64,000 nt of DNA. It comes from Octopus sinensis. Its lineage: Eukaryota. The notes below the pieces were generated by a model that was given only the letters and a program-made list of their open reading frames with translations, was not told where the DNA came from and made no database searches. The translations under genes and the position numbers were made by a program. The DNA is taken from NCBI RefSeq assembly GCF_006345805.1, contig NW_021833277.1, positions 16,198 through 80,197 of the forward strand, given 5' to 3'. Within the stretch, counting starts at the first letter, position 1; each line of letters begins with the position of its first letter. Of this stretch, positions 1 through 13,815 are shown one piece after another.

Positions 1-268
1 CAGTCTCAATTTGATCTTTTCTTTTTTAGTCATTGATTTCATGACCAGACTACAGTCTAATGTATCCCTCACCTTGCTTGGTCTGATATTTTACTGTACG
101 TGTCACAATTGACGTCTCTTCGAGTAGTTCCAATGCTCACTAATATCATATTATATTATTTTGATTTAAATATAGAATGAAAACCAACTTTTTTTAGTTA
201 TGGAAGGCATCACATTGTCGTTAAAATTGGTATGACTTGATTTATTTAATATTTATTACTTTAATTTA

Positions 269-3200
269 TTAAAATTCGTGTTGTCTAGTAGACTTTTTGA
301 ATTATTTCTGCTTGGTTTTGTAGCATACATGTCATATTGGGGTGATTGAGAAACTTCAAATCCAGATTTAAGGCAATTTAAATCGACTGCCCGAGCTTTA
401 AATTCTTCAAAAACTGTCTTCAAATTATAAATTTCCTAAAATATTTAAAATTTGAATACTTTGCCAGTCCGAATATTTTCCAACATTTCAAATAAAATTC
501 GTGCTTTTCCGTTGCTTTTAGCGGCCAATGATTTTATGTTTATTTGACAGTTTGTGAGTATTTTACCGATGTCACTCAAAAAGTGGACATCCTTGGAATG
601 TTCACCAAGTCTAGCTTAATTAGTAAATAAACTAAACAAATTGTGACATTCGGAGCAAATTCGGGAATATTGTAACATTCGTTTAGATTCAGTCGCCTCT
701 AATTGGTCCAATATTTCCAATTCAGTGTTGTCAATTTCTTGGGATATTTTGTGAATCTGTTGACGGTACAAACCAACTTCTCCAGAACTAAATGTCCCTC
801 CGTCACAGATCAGCCTACAAAATCAATTCAGAGAAAACTTGAAAGACTGTACGAGAGAATATGTTTTTTCTCTGCACTCCTGACTACACTGTTCTAAACT
901 TGTTCGAAAATTACGAAATGAAGATTTTATTGTTTTTGAACAGTTTTCCATCTCCATTTCATAATACTCGCTCACTTTTGAGAATCTAGTAAATTTCTTA
1001 GTTCTTGGCAACTTGGAAATGTGATAGGTGTTGTCCAGTATGGTCTCGAGTTTAATCACGTGGTTTTGAAGCTTGTTCACAGTATTGCACTGAGTTTCTT
1101 CTACCCGACTAAATTCTTCTGATATGTTTTTCAACAGCTCACGCACATTCCCACAAAATTTATTAAGTTGTTCATAATGTTGATTGATTTGATCTTACTT
1201 ATTTAGCATTGCAAAGCTAACCAACTCGGAATCGATAAATATCGATTTCAATGCGTTTCTGACGGGGTTTTAGTAGATTCAATTTTATTTGAAGTTCTGA
1301 TTTGACTTCCTCACTCTTTAAAATTTAATTTAAAGTAAGACCTTAAACTCTACGATATCTTTGGTTTTTTCTTCCACCTCGATTTTCCATTCAGAAAATT
1401 TACTTTTGAACAATTTTTTCAATCTTTAGAGTTATTAAAATATTTCAGACCTTTCTGCTACATCAGTAAAAAACAAGTCAGAGATTGTCAGACTTTCCTG
1501 AAAATTTTCTATCATTTTTCTTTTAATATTTTCAGTGATTGTATCTGATCTGGTCAATTGATGACTTGTTTTTCGATTTTGAAAAAATTCTGTAATCGAT
1601 CTATGAATTTCGCGTAAAATTGTCCGTATTGTTCCCGGGTAAGATTTGAGAAATTTTATTTGATTTTTTCCAAAATTTTCGTAGCTAAAAATACTAAAAC
1701 AAAATACCTTGATTTAATGTTATTCAAATATTCCACTGCCTTAGTGAAATTGTTGTTGAGCTGATCTTGTGTGTAATCCTCTCGCATATCCTCGATATAT
1801 TTTGTGATGTTATTTTCAATTTCCAAAGAAAAAAATGTAAATAATATACTTCTAAATATTCTCGATTTTCTGTTATATCACGGAGCATTGTTTGATTCAT
1901 TTCATCGAAGGATGAATTCAACTTCGTTTCTCCATTATTCCAAAGAAGGATAGCTTTTTCTGTGAATTGAACGGTTTCGGATATTTTTTTGGACATGTTT
2001 TTTTGAAATATTTTAATTTTTTTCTGAAAAAATACATTTGAAATACTTACCATCAGAACAGTTGCATCATTATTCCAAATTAAAGTTTTTCGTCTTAATA
2101 TGCTCATAAATGAATTATTAAAGTCTTCTATTCGTTGTTCTGCCTCTTCGACGGAAAAGATATTGTCCAAAGAAGTCTTTGAATTTATATGTACAACTTA
2201 CCATAAACTCGTCTTTCCTGTTTTTCATTTCTAGAATTCTCTCAGATTTTAACAAATTCAGTTCTTCTTTAAGTTCAACAAATGTATTTTCTATAAATAG
2301 TTCTTTATTATCGATGACCATATTCTTTATCAATTTCTGTAATTTGGAAGGCCGCATTTTCGGTTTGTTCGCGAATTTTATCAAATCCCGACGAACTGCA
2401 TATTTTAAATTAATCCACAATAAACCCAAGAGTTTCAAAAATGAATAAAATTTGTTTATTTATTTGAGCAAATCTATTTACATAATTTTGTAAAGTTTCT
2501 TTATATATATCATACATGTTGAATGATACGCCTTCAATTTGCTCACTACAAAGTTACACAATATATTTTACAGAAATTGTTTTATTGCAATCTCCATCTT
2601 GTCATTCCGTAAATTACTCTTTACTATGGTCCATTTTTCCAACATAATATGTTTAATCTCGATATCTCTCATTTTTAGTGCTTTTCGCACATTTTCATAT
2701 TTTTTGAGATTTGATACTACAGATAAATTGAATAACTGAATATTTAATTATGTTTCTGATACTAGTGACTTTTCGTCCAAAATATCGTCGACTTGTTGGG
2801 GGAGAATGTGTGCAATGGCGATTAGATTTTTTTTGGTTTGTGTAAATAAATCAATCATCTTTGAAAATAATAATTTAGCACATACTGATTTGAGTCGTCT
2901 ATTCTCCAATTGTTTTAATTCGTCATAAAACGATAAAATAATCATTTCTCTTTTTTCCATTAGACTTTCTAGCTGAATTTTCCGTTGAGGAAGTTGGTCA
3001 TATTCCATGTCGTTTTTCTAAATAAATATAAATTATTACTTCTTCTAGAGAATTTGAAATGTCCTCAATTTCCTTTTTATATTGATGTGATGATTCTGTC
3101 AATTTGTTGCATATTGATTTCACTTGATGGTACAATTCCTATAAATATTGAGGTAAATAGATTCTACATTCTGGATGAGGAGAGATTTATTTTCATGTTG

Positions 3201-3570
3201 CTTCAATTCGTTTTCGTGTCTGTTTATATTATAATATCGTTCACCGTTCTTTCTTATTTTCGTTATATTGTTTGATATATTTTGAAGGCATTCTTGTAGA
3301 CGGAGAATTAATTTTTGGCAACTTTTTTACAGAGTCAATATTTTCTTGTTGTTCTTTGATTAAATCACTTAAAATAATAGCAAATAATATTTCACTTATG
3401 CTGAGTCTGGATTTTCCGATCAGCAACAGTTAATATCATCTCGTTGTTCTGTAGACTTTTTTTTCTTGTCTTATACACATTTAGAGACTTAACCAAGCTT
3501 GTCTTTAAACTGTAAACATTCAAACCAACTATACTTGAGCTAAAAATAGCGGACGGTATGATTCCTCCAT
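269..3570 (-). CDS. CCDC180: CCDC180/CFAP76-like coiled-coil ciliary protein (multi-exon, 3' end approximate)
   Basis: Spliced N-terminus MEESYRPLFLAQ|TSLVKSL resembles CCDC180 YQQIFQAEVQLVHSL. The segment LIAIAHILPQQVDDILDEKSL..LFNLSVVSNLKKYENV..EKWTIVK..AIKQFL resembles its DUF4455 region. A chain of minus-strand coiled-coil ORFs is separated by short GT-AG introns. Confidence 0.7.
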
Positions 3571-4983
3571 TATATATCCAGAATTGTTACGATTCCATAG
3601 AAACAATTTTATATTAAAATATCGTTAAAATTATTCTATTTCAAAAAAATAAAATCAGTTCAACACAACATTTTTATTATCAGCTTCCTCTATGATTTTT
3701 ATCTGCTTAAAAAACAATGTTTTAACTTTGCATGAAAATAATCTAAATTTGATTTAATATTAATTTACGTTCTCTAGAGAAAATTTATGATTTACAAGAC
3801 TACCTTTAATAATGTAGGGTCCTTTGAGTCCTTATAATTTAGAATTTAGAATATTCTGAACAATTTTAAAGTATTTAAGTCTTAGAAATTTGAATAATTG
3901 GTTCTGATTTGGCTGGAATTGTATTTGATGTTTGTACACATAAAATAAGTAAAAATTCTTTGATTTTTGAAATCAAATCTTTTACAGATTTCGATTGAAG
4001 TAGTTTGCATTTACAATTAAGTAGTTTTGAAATTTTATCAAACTGTCACATTTACTACACTTCATGTTAAAGAGGATTCATACTTGAGAACCATTCTTCT
4101 AGCAGAATGTTTAGTTTTTTAAATGTTATTTGGTCAGCGGGGTTTTGTGAAAGTTTTATTTTTAAGACTAACCTTGGAGAGTCCATTTGTGCAAGAGCTA
4201 CCTTATTTTGGAGTGACGTTCGAAAAGAATAGTAAATTAAAAAAATACATAAACCGCTCCAAAAGACATGCTCAAATTAAAAAATTTTGTTTTTGCCAGT
4301 CCTCTGAACGTACTCAGAGCAAGCAAAAAATTTGCCTAAGATAAGCAAAATTACATGAATGTATTAAAGACAATCCGTGGGACTTGATACTCCATAGACT
4401 AAACTTAGGAGAGCGTCTAAACAAAGATCGAAACTCGAATTTAACTTCTTTTCTCATTGAAATATAAATGAAAAAAATGTTTGGAAAAATAGTCTGAATG
4501 TCTTAGAGAAGGCATTGGATAAATAAAATAATACTAATTCGTGCTTTCTAAAAAGTCTTCAATCATAAATATTTTCAATTTAATTTTATAAATAAATTCT
4601 GAGAGCATTTAGAACGAATGAATTTGAGTACGATTTTGAGAGTTTGAATGATTTTAGCGATTTTAATTAAATCGATTAATTAGTAAATTAATCAAAAAAA
4701 GTAAAATCACAGTTTTTTAGTTATTAAAGTAGTTGAGATTGTTGGGATATAATAATTTGTTATTTTTAGTTAACAAATATTTAGATTTTGATTTAAAGTG
4801 AACAATTTTATTAATTTTTTGAAGATTTAAAAAATTATTACATATTTCAATTTTATAACAAAAATATTTATTTATTATTATAATTAATTTATATTAAAAA
4901 TGTATACTATTTTATCTTTGGCTTACCATTTACAAATAAATATTTTAAATTTTAAATCAAATCTGAATACAAATTTGATCAAA

Positions 4984-6732
4984 ATGTTCTACATACATCA
5001 ACTTTTACAAAGAAGGACAGGAAAATTTGGAATTATTTGGTACTAATTAGCCACATATTTAAGGATCGCTGCCACCAAAAGTGGGAGAATCTCAAAACTC
5101 GAATATAACAAGACCAATATTGTAGAAAATTGGTTTTTCTGTACAAAAATATTCATTTAGCGAGGAATTGGCTGCCCATGTCCTTGGTCTCCTCGACACA
5201 GAGCGTGGGAGGAGAAAGACTCGCTTCTCTTTATATCTTTCGGCCAAATTAGTCATTGGAGTAGTCCGAGTTTACTCTAAGCAAATCGAATACCTGATAA
5301 GTAAGCAAATCATTAAATTTCCTAGCCGACATCAAGTCCTTTACTCGATCTTTCTACTCGAGGCACTTGTCTGCCAGTTTTACTCCCACAAAGAGGCCTA
5401 TTCGGAGACAGAGAGTTAAAAGAAAAGAGTTTTTTATTCGCGATGAAGACCAGAACAATTATTTTGACTTTAATTATCTGGTTTTAGTTCACTATATTTA
5501 TTCTTAGGACGAAATCACCGATTCTATGGGTATTTTAATTTATTATATATTTAATTAATTCCACCACGTCATTCAAAATAATTTTCCCGCTCTTTTTAGA
5601 TTTGTACACGGTTAACCAACAATTAATAACACTTCAAGAAGAAAATTTCAGCAGAAATACAATCCAATACAATCAAGACATTATTCCCCCCTTAAACGAA
5701 GAAGAATTCCAAAGTCTCCTCAACGAATTACAAAATCAAGAACAAATCTCCTCCATTTCCGACACAAGTCCATCCAAAAGACCCCAAAGTGTTAGAAATG
5801 AGCAACCAAATACTCCAATTCCAAAAAGAAACCGACCTTTGGACGAGGCATTGGGCCTTCAGGGAATGTCCATCAGTCAGGGAATCGAGCTCAGTCAACC
5901 CAGAGAATCGGTAAGTGAGAATTATACACTTAATAAGTCAAGTAGTGAATTTGTCACATTTGAATAGCACTTGTAGTATAAATTTGTAGAATAATTAAAT
6001 TAATTTTATAAAATTGACTCTTTAGCAAGTCAAGAGGTGTGTTCGGAAAACTAAAAGACTAATTGTAGATCAAGTGACTAACTACAGCATTGACAAATTA
6101 AAAGAAAATAAAAACAGAGCTGAATCAACAAGTAAAAAACTTAAATTGGTTAATCACGAACTTCCTTTGTCATTTGAAACACTTTCAAGCAAATTTGCCA
6201 GTCTTTTTAACAATAAATCAACTTTTAGAAAACTTTAATAACCTTTGGTCTCCACCGATTGTAATCCATTTTCCGAAACGCGGAAAAATGGCGAAATATA
6301 ACAGCATTGAGGTGGCAAGGAGAATGCAAAGTGAAGAAGAAGAACCAAGTGAAAGATTTCACAAATCTCCTGCAATTCTAACAAATTATGAACCAATGTA
6401 ATTTTGACTTGAAAATTGATAACAGAAGTTTTAATTCTAAAACTGAACGAAGTATTCAAATCCCCGAATTGACTGAAACGTCGCTTAATAGTTCTGCCAC
6501 GTCCACATTTGATGAGAGAGTGTTGGAGAAATGTAAGGAACAGTCATTTCTGAGGGGGGTCACTACATTCGACCAAATTTGTCCTCCAACACGGAACAGT
6601 CGAAAAACTGCAGCGAGATATTTCTCGAGTTTGTTGGGTGAGTTTTTTGTAAATATTTTATCAGTTCTTTGCAAAAATTGTAAAATTATGTGCCGACAAA
6701 ATGAGAAGATTATTGAAATTTCTATTTTATAA
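4984..6732 (+). CDS. REC8: Meiotic cohesin kleisin Rec8 (Rad21/Rec8 family), multi-exon
   Basis: N-terminal MFYIHQLLQRRTGKFGIIW|IAATK and RFSLYLSAKLVIGVVRVYSKQIEYL (Rec8-type). C-terminal winged helix TFDQICPPTRNSRKTAARYFSSLL|VLCK. Confidence 0.85.
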
Positions 6733-7107
6733 TTCTGTTTTTTTACGTGTTGTTTGTGTTTTTTGTTTATCTATTTTTAATGTATATAAATTTATAAATG
6801 AAGATGTTTTTTTAGTTTTACTTTTCAGATTTTATCACAAAGTCTATTAATATAAAACCCGAGCTTTGGTCCCTCAAAAAAATTAAGTAAAAAATAAATT
6901 AGAAGTATTTTTTAAAGATTTTTTATCGTCACAAACTGGGGGTACCGACTATATTCCAATAACTGGTCAACCAAACTATATTTTAAATAAAAGTGAAGAG
7001 TGAAGAAATAGATTTTAAATAAAAGCTTATTAATGTTAAGTATTTTTATAAATATGATAATTTATTAATTAATAAATACCACGTGTATTATTGTGTTCTA
7101 GTGAGCT

Positions 7108-7620
7108 ATGCAGATATTCGTCAAGACTCCCTCTCAAGGAACACTGTGCTGTAATGTAATGCTCAGTTAAACCATCTAATCTAGGTCTTAGAGACCGACC
7201 AGACTCGAACATTGCTTGAACAAATTTCCATAAAGATAGGTTCCGTTTAATTCTCGAACATTTAAAGGAATTTCACTCAATGAGGTGTATATTAGCCACA
7301 AGGGTTCAACATTGAGTGCAGATTGTTCGTTGGATTCGTATGGAATAAAAGATCTGTCAACCCTCCATCAATTTGTGCCCCTCCTGGGAGGAAAGAAGAA
7401 GAAGAAATCCAAAAAGCACACCACGCCAAAGAAGAGGAAACACAAAAGAAAGAAAGTCGTGATGGCTGCTCTGAAATACTACAAAGTCAACAACGACGGA
7501 GAAGTCACGTTGTTGAGAGATCGGTGCCCCAATCCTGAATGTGGGCCTGCATCCATGATGGCCAAACACAAAAATAGGAGCACATGTGGGAAATGTACCA
7601 GGACAATCATGGCTAATTAG
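7108..7620 (+). CDS. RPS27A: Divergent ubiquitin-like domain fused to ribosomal protein S27a/eS31 (3 exons)
   Basis: Spliced 76-aa Ubl MQIFVKT...STLHQFVPLLGG, then KKKKKSKKHTTPKKRKHKRKKVVMAALKYYKV and the zinc ribbon CPNPEC..CGKC. Confidence 0.93.
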
Positions 7621-10071
7621 GACGTACTCTTTCTTATTCATTAATTCTTGTTTCTTTTCGTTGGTCAGTTTAGGCTGTGTGTTTTGAAAATAGGTTTTAA
7701 ATTGGGTTATTATTAATAAAAGTGCATTTAAGTAAATCTATTCAGGAAAAGATCGTGTATGTAATATTTAAAATACATATTTTTTTAAGGAAGAATATGC
7801 TTTTTAAATACTTTATTGACCAAAGGATTTGTAAGTTGTATTATTTTTTTATTTTTTATAGCAGATTGTTTTCAATTTGTGAGTATTTTTCGGGTTTCTT
7901 AAATTAACTTTTATTTTTGAAATTTTTCATAAATGTTCGATTAAATTGCAGTCTGGCGATTGATTTGGTCATTCCAAAACATTTATTTCGTTTTTAGCAA
8001 ACATTTAGCAGTCATTTTGGAGTTTTGTTTTGGATCCTTGTCAACTGGAATGTGTTGTATTAACTTTAATTTGGTGATCTGAATGTAAAATATATTTTTC
8101 TAGGATTTTGCAATATTTGACTGAATTCATTATTCTATCTATTACATATAGTTGATGAAAAAGCCACATAACATGATACTTTCTCCCCCGTATTTTATGG
8201 TAGGTATGATGCATTTTTGGAATATGCGTGATTGAATTTACGCCGAATTGATGGTTTGTAATTTTGATTTTTCCGGCTATAAAAAATTGTTTATGTATTC
8301 ATTTTCTTTATTAAAGGAATAATTGACATATTTAATTTGTCCAGAAATGTATTTTTCTAATAACGGAACACGACTGGATCTTCGTTTATTAGTACGTAGT
8401 GAAAGGGACACTGGAATAATCCCATCATTTTTTCCACATCAATTTACATTTTTTATAAGTAAAGTACAGTTTCAACTTTTTCAAAGGCAAAAAATTCCTC
8501 ATCTCTTAAAAATTTTCAAAATTTCATTTGAATTCATTTTTGGCTCGAAATATTCGTTTATTCTACAAGTATTTTCGTTTACCCAGGAAATTGAAAGCTC
8601 TCTGGATACAAAAGTTAGTGAACTCAATATCACTAAGAAAATTGACAAGTGGAGAATATTGATTCCATATTTCCCTTAAATCAATAAGAAAGACTGCTGG
8701 GAGAATTTTGACGAAGAAAGTAATTCTGGGGAAAATCAGAGAAGTGCTAATGAAGAACATGCAAGAAACGATGCCTATCAATCACTTGATAGATTCAAAA
8801 AATATCAATCCAACGAATGACTTCGAGAAATTACACATAAAAGACCCTTATTTTAGCCCTTTTAGTTGGAAGGGACATAAACCGACGACACCATAATATC
8901 ACATTATTATTTTTGGTTTCTGTTTTTCCAGTGTTATTATTTTATTAATTCAAAAATTTTAATAAAACTTGCAAAACGGCTCGATTTGTAGATGTTCGAA
9001 AACAAAAACTCTCAATTCACAATTCAAAAACGATAAAGGCTTTTAGCACCTATCTGATGACTACATGCTTATAAAAGTCTAACGTACAATTAAAATGAGG
9101 GAAAGTCATTTTTCTTTAACTTCCAGTTGAATTGGAGCTGAATGAACTGTGAAGTACTTCCTAGTCTTTTCACTTTTAATCGTCCCATCCAAAGTCTGGA
9201 ATACAACTGATGCATTTGGCAACAATTTTAATGCTATGTAATAAGATTGTTGATTTGAAAATCCGTTATTTTTTCAATGAGAATATTTAAAAAATTTTAT
9301 TTACAGGGGTCAGTTTCATCTACAATTAAGAAAATCTTTTCATTAACTAACAATTCTATTTTATCAATAATACGTTTCTCGGCCAAAATTTTGACATTTT
9401 TTCGACATTTTGAATCTGAATTCAAATCCAATATTATTAAAAAAATACTTAGAAAGGATTCCGTAGGTTATAAAATAGAATATTTGCTGAAATAAATTCG
9501 CCAATCTGTTTTTTCTACAGACCATTTTTACGGAATGCTACGCGAATGTTGGATACATTGCAATGTAAAATTTAACCAGGAATAATTGAAACATTCATGG
9601 ATGATTCTCAAGACTTTATAATGAGAGGATTTTGTAAATTTAAGCATGAAAATAACAATTGAACAATTAAAATTGACAAAATTGTCCTAAAAAACATAAA
9701 ATAAAAGCTTTTTAAAACACCAAATGTATTTCTAGTATTTTATAGCATAATAATTTTTTGTTGACGTAATTACTAATAATATTATTAAAATTTTTTTACA
9801 CATGATTTGAATCACTTTTCTGTACCATTATTTAAATTTCTCCCTTGAATGTGCTTTAATACACAGTAATGAAGTTATAATTAGTGTGCTTTATATTTAT
9901 GAATTCTTAATAAATTAGAATTCAAAAAATTAAAATGCATTCAGCATTCAGGGTAGTAATTTCGATTTAAATTTGAATGAATGAATCTTTAATGAATTCA
10001 ATATAGGATAATTGTTGAAATCAATGTTTTTCACTATTTATAAATATGAAATCAACTACTATATATTCTAA

Positions 10072-11023
10072 ATGCAGCAAGAATTCCAAGTAAATATTTA
10101 TTATATTATTAAAAATTGTAAATTAGGAAGTTGTACTCTTAAAAGAAACAAAACCATATTTTCATCAGGTTGCAGGAATAAGCTCTAAAGGGGAAAAGGA
10201 TGGTAGTATCACAAATTTTGTTTAAATATTAGAATTTCTTAGTTATGGAGAAGGAAAGTTATTAAAAAAGTTAAAAAATGATAATCGAGGAATTATGGAA
10301 ACAAATTACTACAAAACAGTTTCACAAGCTCCGATTGGTAGTATACAAAATCTTTTGTATACATTCACTGCAGATTATTTTTATACTGTATATTGTAAAG
10401 AATCTGAGAATTGTAATTTAACAATTAATAAATAATTAATTTTAGATTATGTTTGTCTCGAAGATCTATCAGCAAAATTTCAGAATCCTTCATTAATTGA
10501 TATCAAAATTGGTCAAGTCACATGGGAATCTGAGCTTCAAAGGGAAAAAAAGATGAAAAAATTTCCATTTGCAGATATCATCAAATTTCGAATATGCGGA
10601 ATGAGGGTTTTTGTGTCAATACTTAAATTCTAAAGAGATGGTGCCGTTTGATTATTACGACGTTTACGATAAGGAATATGGCCTTCAGCTTACACCCGAA
10701 ACAACTCGTAATGGTGAAAAATATTTATTTTATTAATAATTACAGCATTGAGTCTTTTTTTCGCAAATGGGAGAGAATATTTAAAAATTGTAATACAAAA
10801 ACTGAAAGAGCTCCTAAAAATTTTCGAAATTCAAAAAACGTGGAGATTTATCGCAACATCAATTTTAATAATTTATGAAACTGATTTCAAAGAATGCAAG
10901 GAAGAGCAGATTGAAATAAAAATGATTGACTTTGCTCATGCATTGCCTTCTAATGAGTTAGACATGAACTATATAAATGGCCTCACATCCCTTATAACCT
11001 ATCTCGAAGATGTTTCTGAATGA
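10072..11023 (+). CDS. IPMK: Inositol polyphosphate multikinase (IPK family), multi-exon
   Basis: Motifs HQVAG, LEDL, PSLIDIKIG (PxxxDxKxG), FRICGMR, TSILIIYE and IKMIDFAH. Confidence 0.85.
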
Positions 11024-11119
11024 TCAATTTTGTTCTTTGGTTTCATTAAAAAATTCCTCAGTTTATTTAATAAATTTAAAAATCCACAATTTCTTTTTAA
11101 TTCACGAAAAATATTTTTT

Positions 11120-11302
11120 GAGTCGCGGCCTTGCCGACAATTCCTGAGGTTTCAAAGGCAAGGGAGACAAACTCAAAGAGTCCGAAATACATAGGGTGAG
11201 ACTCGCAGATGTTCAAGTCCAAGCGTAAACAGATCCCGATCCGTAAGGATTCATCGTCCAGTAGTAATCCCGTGCTGGGGATAGGAAGTGCTTTGATCCA
11301 AT
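11120..11302 (-). mobile_element. CRE-clade (REL-type) non-LTR retrotransposon fragment, internally deleted
   Basis: WIKALPIPSTGLLLDDESLRIGICLRLDLNICESH joined to FVSLAFETSG. Paralogous to 13330-13815. Confidence 0.7.
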
Positions 11303-11445
11303 AAAAAAAAAGAATAGAAATCTTTAAACTATAAAGCAAAGAATCACAACTTATTTTATTATCGAAGTAAAAGAGTTTTTTGTTCGCGAAGTAAATAATA
11401 ATGTAAATTAAGTATTAACTTATACTCAAACTATAAGTTAATACT

Positions 11446-12400
11446 TTACGCCAACAAAATGTAAATACGTGCTACCTGTGCTGAAAAAAGGTCTTCACCA
11501 CGAGTAACTTGGGGATAATACCTTTCAACCCGGTTAACAAATCCCATTAATTTTTGTGGTGTTAGAACCTTTTTTGCCTCTCCTGCGATTTCTTCCAACA
11601 TTTTTAGCCTATATTCAGAAATTGAAGAACCATCCGAAGTTTTCTTATATTTGAGAATTATTGGCATCTTTTCTCTTAGCATTTTTTTACTTCTGCTTTG
11701 AAAGTACTCCAGGCTAATTTAATTGGGTTTAATAAGTAGGAATATGGAGCCAATCGTAAAAGTTCAATATTTTCTTCTTGATCAACAACTGATTCCAATT
11801 GATTGTGAACAGGAGCATTGTCAATTATAAAAGTGGGATCTTGTACGCCTGAAGACCTGCATTCATTAATTAACTCTTTCATCCAATTTTTACAATCTTT
11901 TCCTCTGTAAGAACCTCTTTTGAATGAAAATTAAACAATGTTGAAGCAGACATTGCACTTATACAATGTAAGTTAGAGCCTCTCGAATTTGGAGTAATGA
12001 CAAAAGAACGAGATCCTATTTTTGATCGTTCTTCTTTTCTCTTACAATATAAATTAAAATTGGATTCATCGATCCAAATTAAAGTTCTTCCAGGAGACCT
12101 TGCTTTAAACAAGCAATCCAAATAATATATTCTTTTTTCTTTATTTTCAGGTGAATTTACGTTTGCAACTATTGGTCAACAGGTTTTGAGAGAAATAATT
12201 CCCCATCAAGCCAATTTTTTACTGTTGTAACCGACACAGACATTGAATAATTTTTTCGTATTTTCTCCGCGCATTCTTTCAAAGTGATCTGAGGATCAGT
12301 TTCAATCCAACTGATTAATTCATTTATATTTATTTGATTTTTTTGAATGTCTTTTACCTCCTCTTGGATGTCTTTCTTTATCTTTATTTTCAATCCAAAG
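11446..12400 (-). mobile_element. Degenerate Tc1/IS630-type DDE transposase
   Basis: Frameshifted pieces: HTH (PQITLKECAEKI..SVTTVKNWL), IWIDESNFNL, IIDNAPVH, LAPYSYLLNPIKLAWSTFK. Confidence 0.85.
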
Positions 12401-12639
12401 ATAAGCTGTTCTCAAATTAACTCCAGGAGAGGAGCATAGAGACTGCCAATCGCCAAAATTTTAATGTGCTTCAATTATTATTTTTTTTGTATCATCATTG
12501 TATTTTCGATATCTTGTTTTTTCAGGCATCAAACAATTTTCGATGTATTTTGACGAAAATTTCTTATATGCAAAATTGACTTTCGTAATTACAAATTTAA
12601 AGGTTGTTATTGACAAATTGATTTTTTCAGATGACATTT

Positions 12640-13250
12640 GAAGTTTGCCTGCGTTTTCCAAGAGGATGCCTGTCGAGCCAAGAGGAGACTACCGAATTCT
12701 TCCGCAATCAGCTCGCAGTGGTTTTGGAAGAAGATCCATCTGCCAGCCTCCAAAGAGGATAAGTTCCAAAGTCATAGAAAAAAACTAAAGTGTATATGGA
12801 AAACTTTCCAAAACATGTGTGCATCTCAACAAATGTGTTTATTTATGCTGATGACGTTATTATTACGTTCGAGGCAGCCTTTCAGGCGAATTCAGGAATG
12901 AAACTAAAAATCTACTTAAATAAAACAGTGGGTGACAGTGAATTACTTGACTCTGTCAATTGAGATGTCACACTCGAGTAGAAGTGCAAAAACCTTACCA
13001 TACACGATTGACATTATTCGGAAGACCTAATCGTTTTTATACCTGGGAGTCCAATTTTCTGAAAATGGAAAGTGTGACGAAGACATTATTCTAAGGAAAA
13101 AACGATGTACATAAATGAGCATGTGCCTAATCAAATTTTTCCTGCCCCTGGAGACCCTGCTATTTATTTTCCAGGTTGGTATTCTTCCTGTGGTGATGTA
13201 TGGGCTGGAAGGGTGAATCTTGTCCCCTTCTAAGGCAAGAATTATAAAAC
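12640..13250 (+). mobile_element. Decayed APE-type LINE reverse transcriptase fragment
   Basis: VFIYADDVII near 12835 and FLYLGVQFSENGKCDEDIILR near 13035. The region has stops and frameshifts. Confidence 0.65.
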
Positions 13251-13329
13251 TACTGGAAAAAACGAGGAGATTCGATATCAAGGTGGTTGTGGCGTAAATC
13301 TAACAGAGAAAATGCCGAGCTGTCACAAA

Positions 13330-13815
13330 ACCTTTCCTATGATTGGTGACCTTGTCCTTTCGAAGGCAAGGGGGCAAACTCAAAATAATCGTGTATTTTG
13401 GACTCTTTAACTCTTCGGCCTGATCACTGGCAAAGCCCGGGTTGCTGCAAGTTTTGAGTAACATGGTCACCAAGAAGGAGTCGAGGCAGGTGTCGTTCCA
13501 AACCAGGGACTTGCGTCCCCTGAAGGAAAGGTCGTCATCCCGTCGGGACGCTTATCGTCGCTCCCGGAAAGGCCGACAGACCTTAGAATGGAAGGGAAAC
13601 TAGCCGACTTTAAAGTTGAGTGTGGCGAGAAATTCTACCGGCACTCTTTGTACACGACAAGGCGTGGAGCTGTTCTACGAAATTGTGGACCCGCACCGGC
13701 AATGGTGGGGCTGGCAGATGTTCAACACAAGCGTAAACAGATCCCGATCGGTAAGGATTCATTGTCCAGTGGTAATCCCGTGCTGAGGATAGGAAGTGCT
13801 TTAAGCCAATGAAAA
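13330..13815 (-). mobile_element. CRE-clade retrotransposon fragment (zinc knuckle/REL region), degenerate
   Basis: WLKALPILSTGLPLDNESL..ICQPHHCRCG, LHALSCTKSAGRISRH, DKRPDGMT and LVWNDTCLDS motifs across frameshifts. Confidence 0.75.

Noticed and set aside
7950-8900. Possible plus-strand multi-exon gene
   Set aside because: ORF pieces look coding-like, but I found no recognisable motif or consistent splice model.
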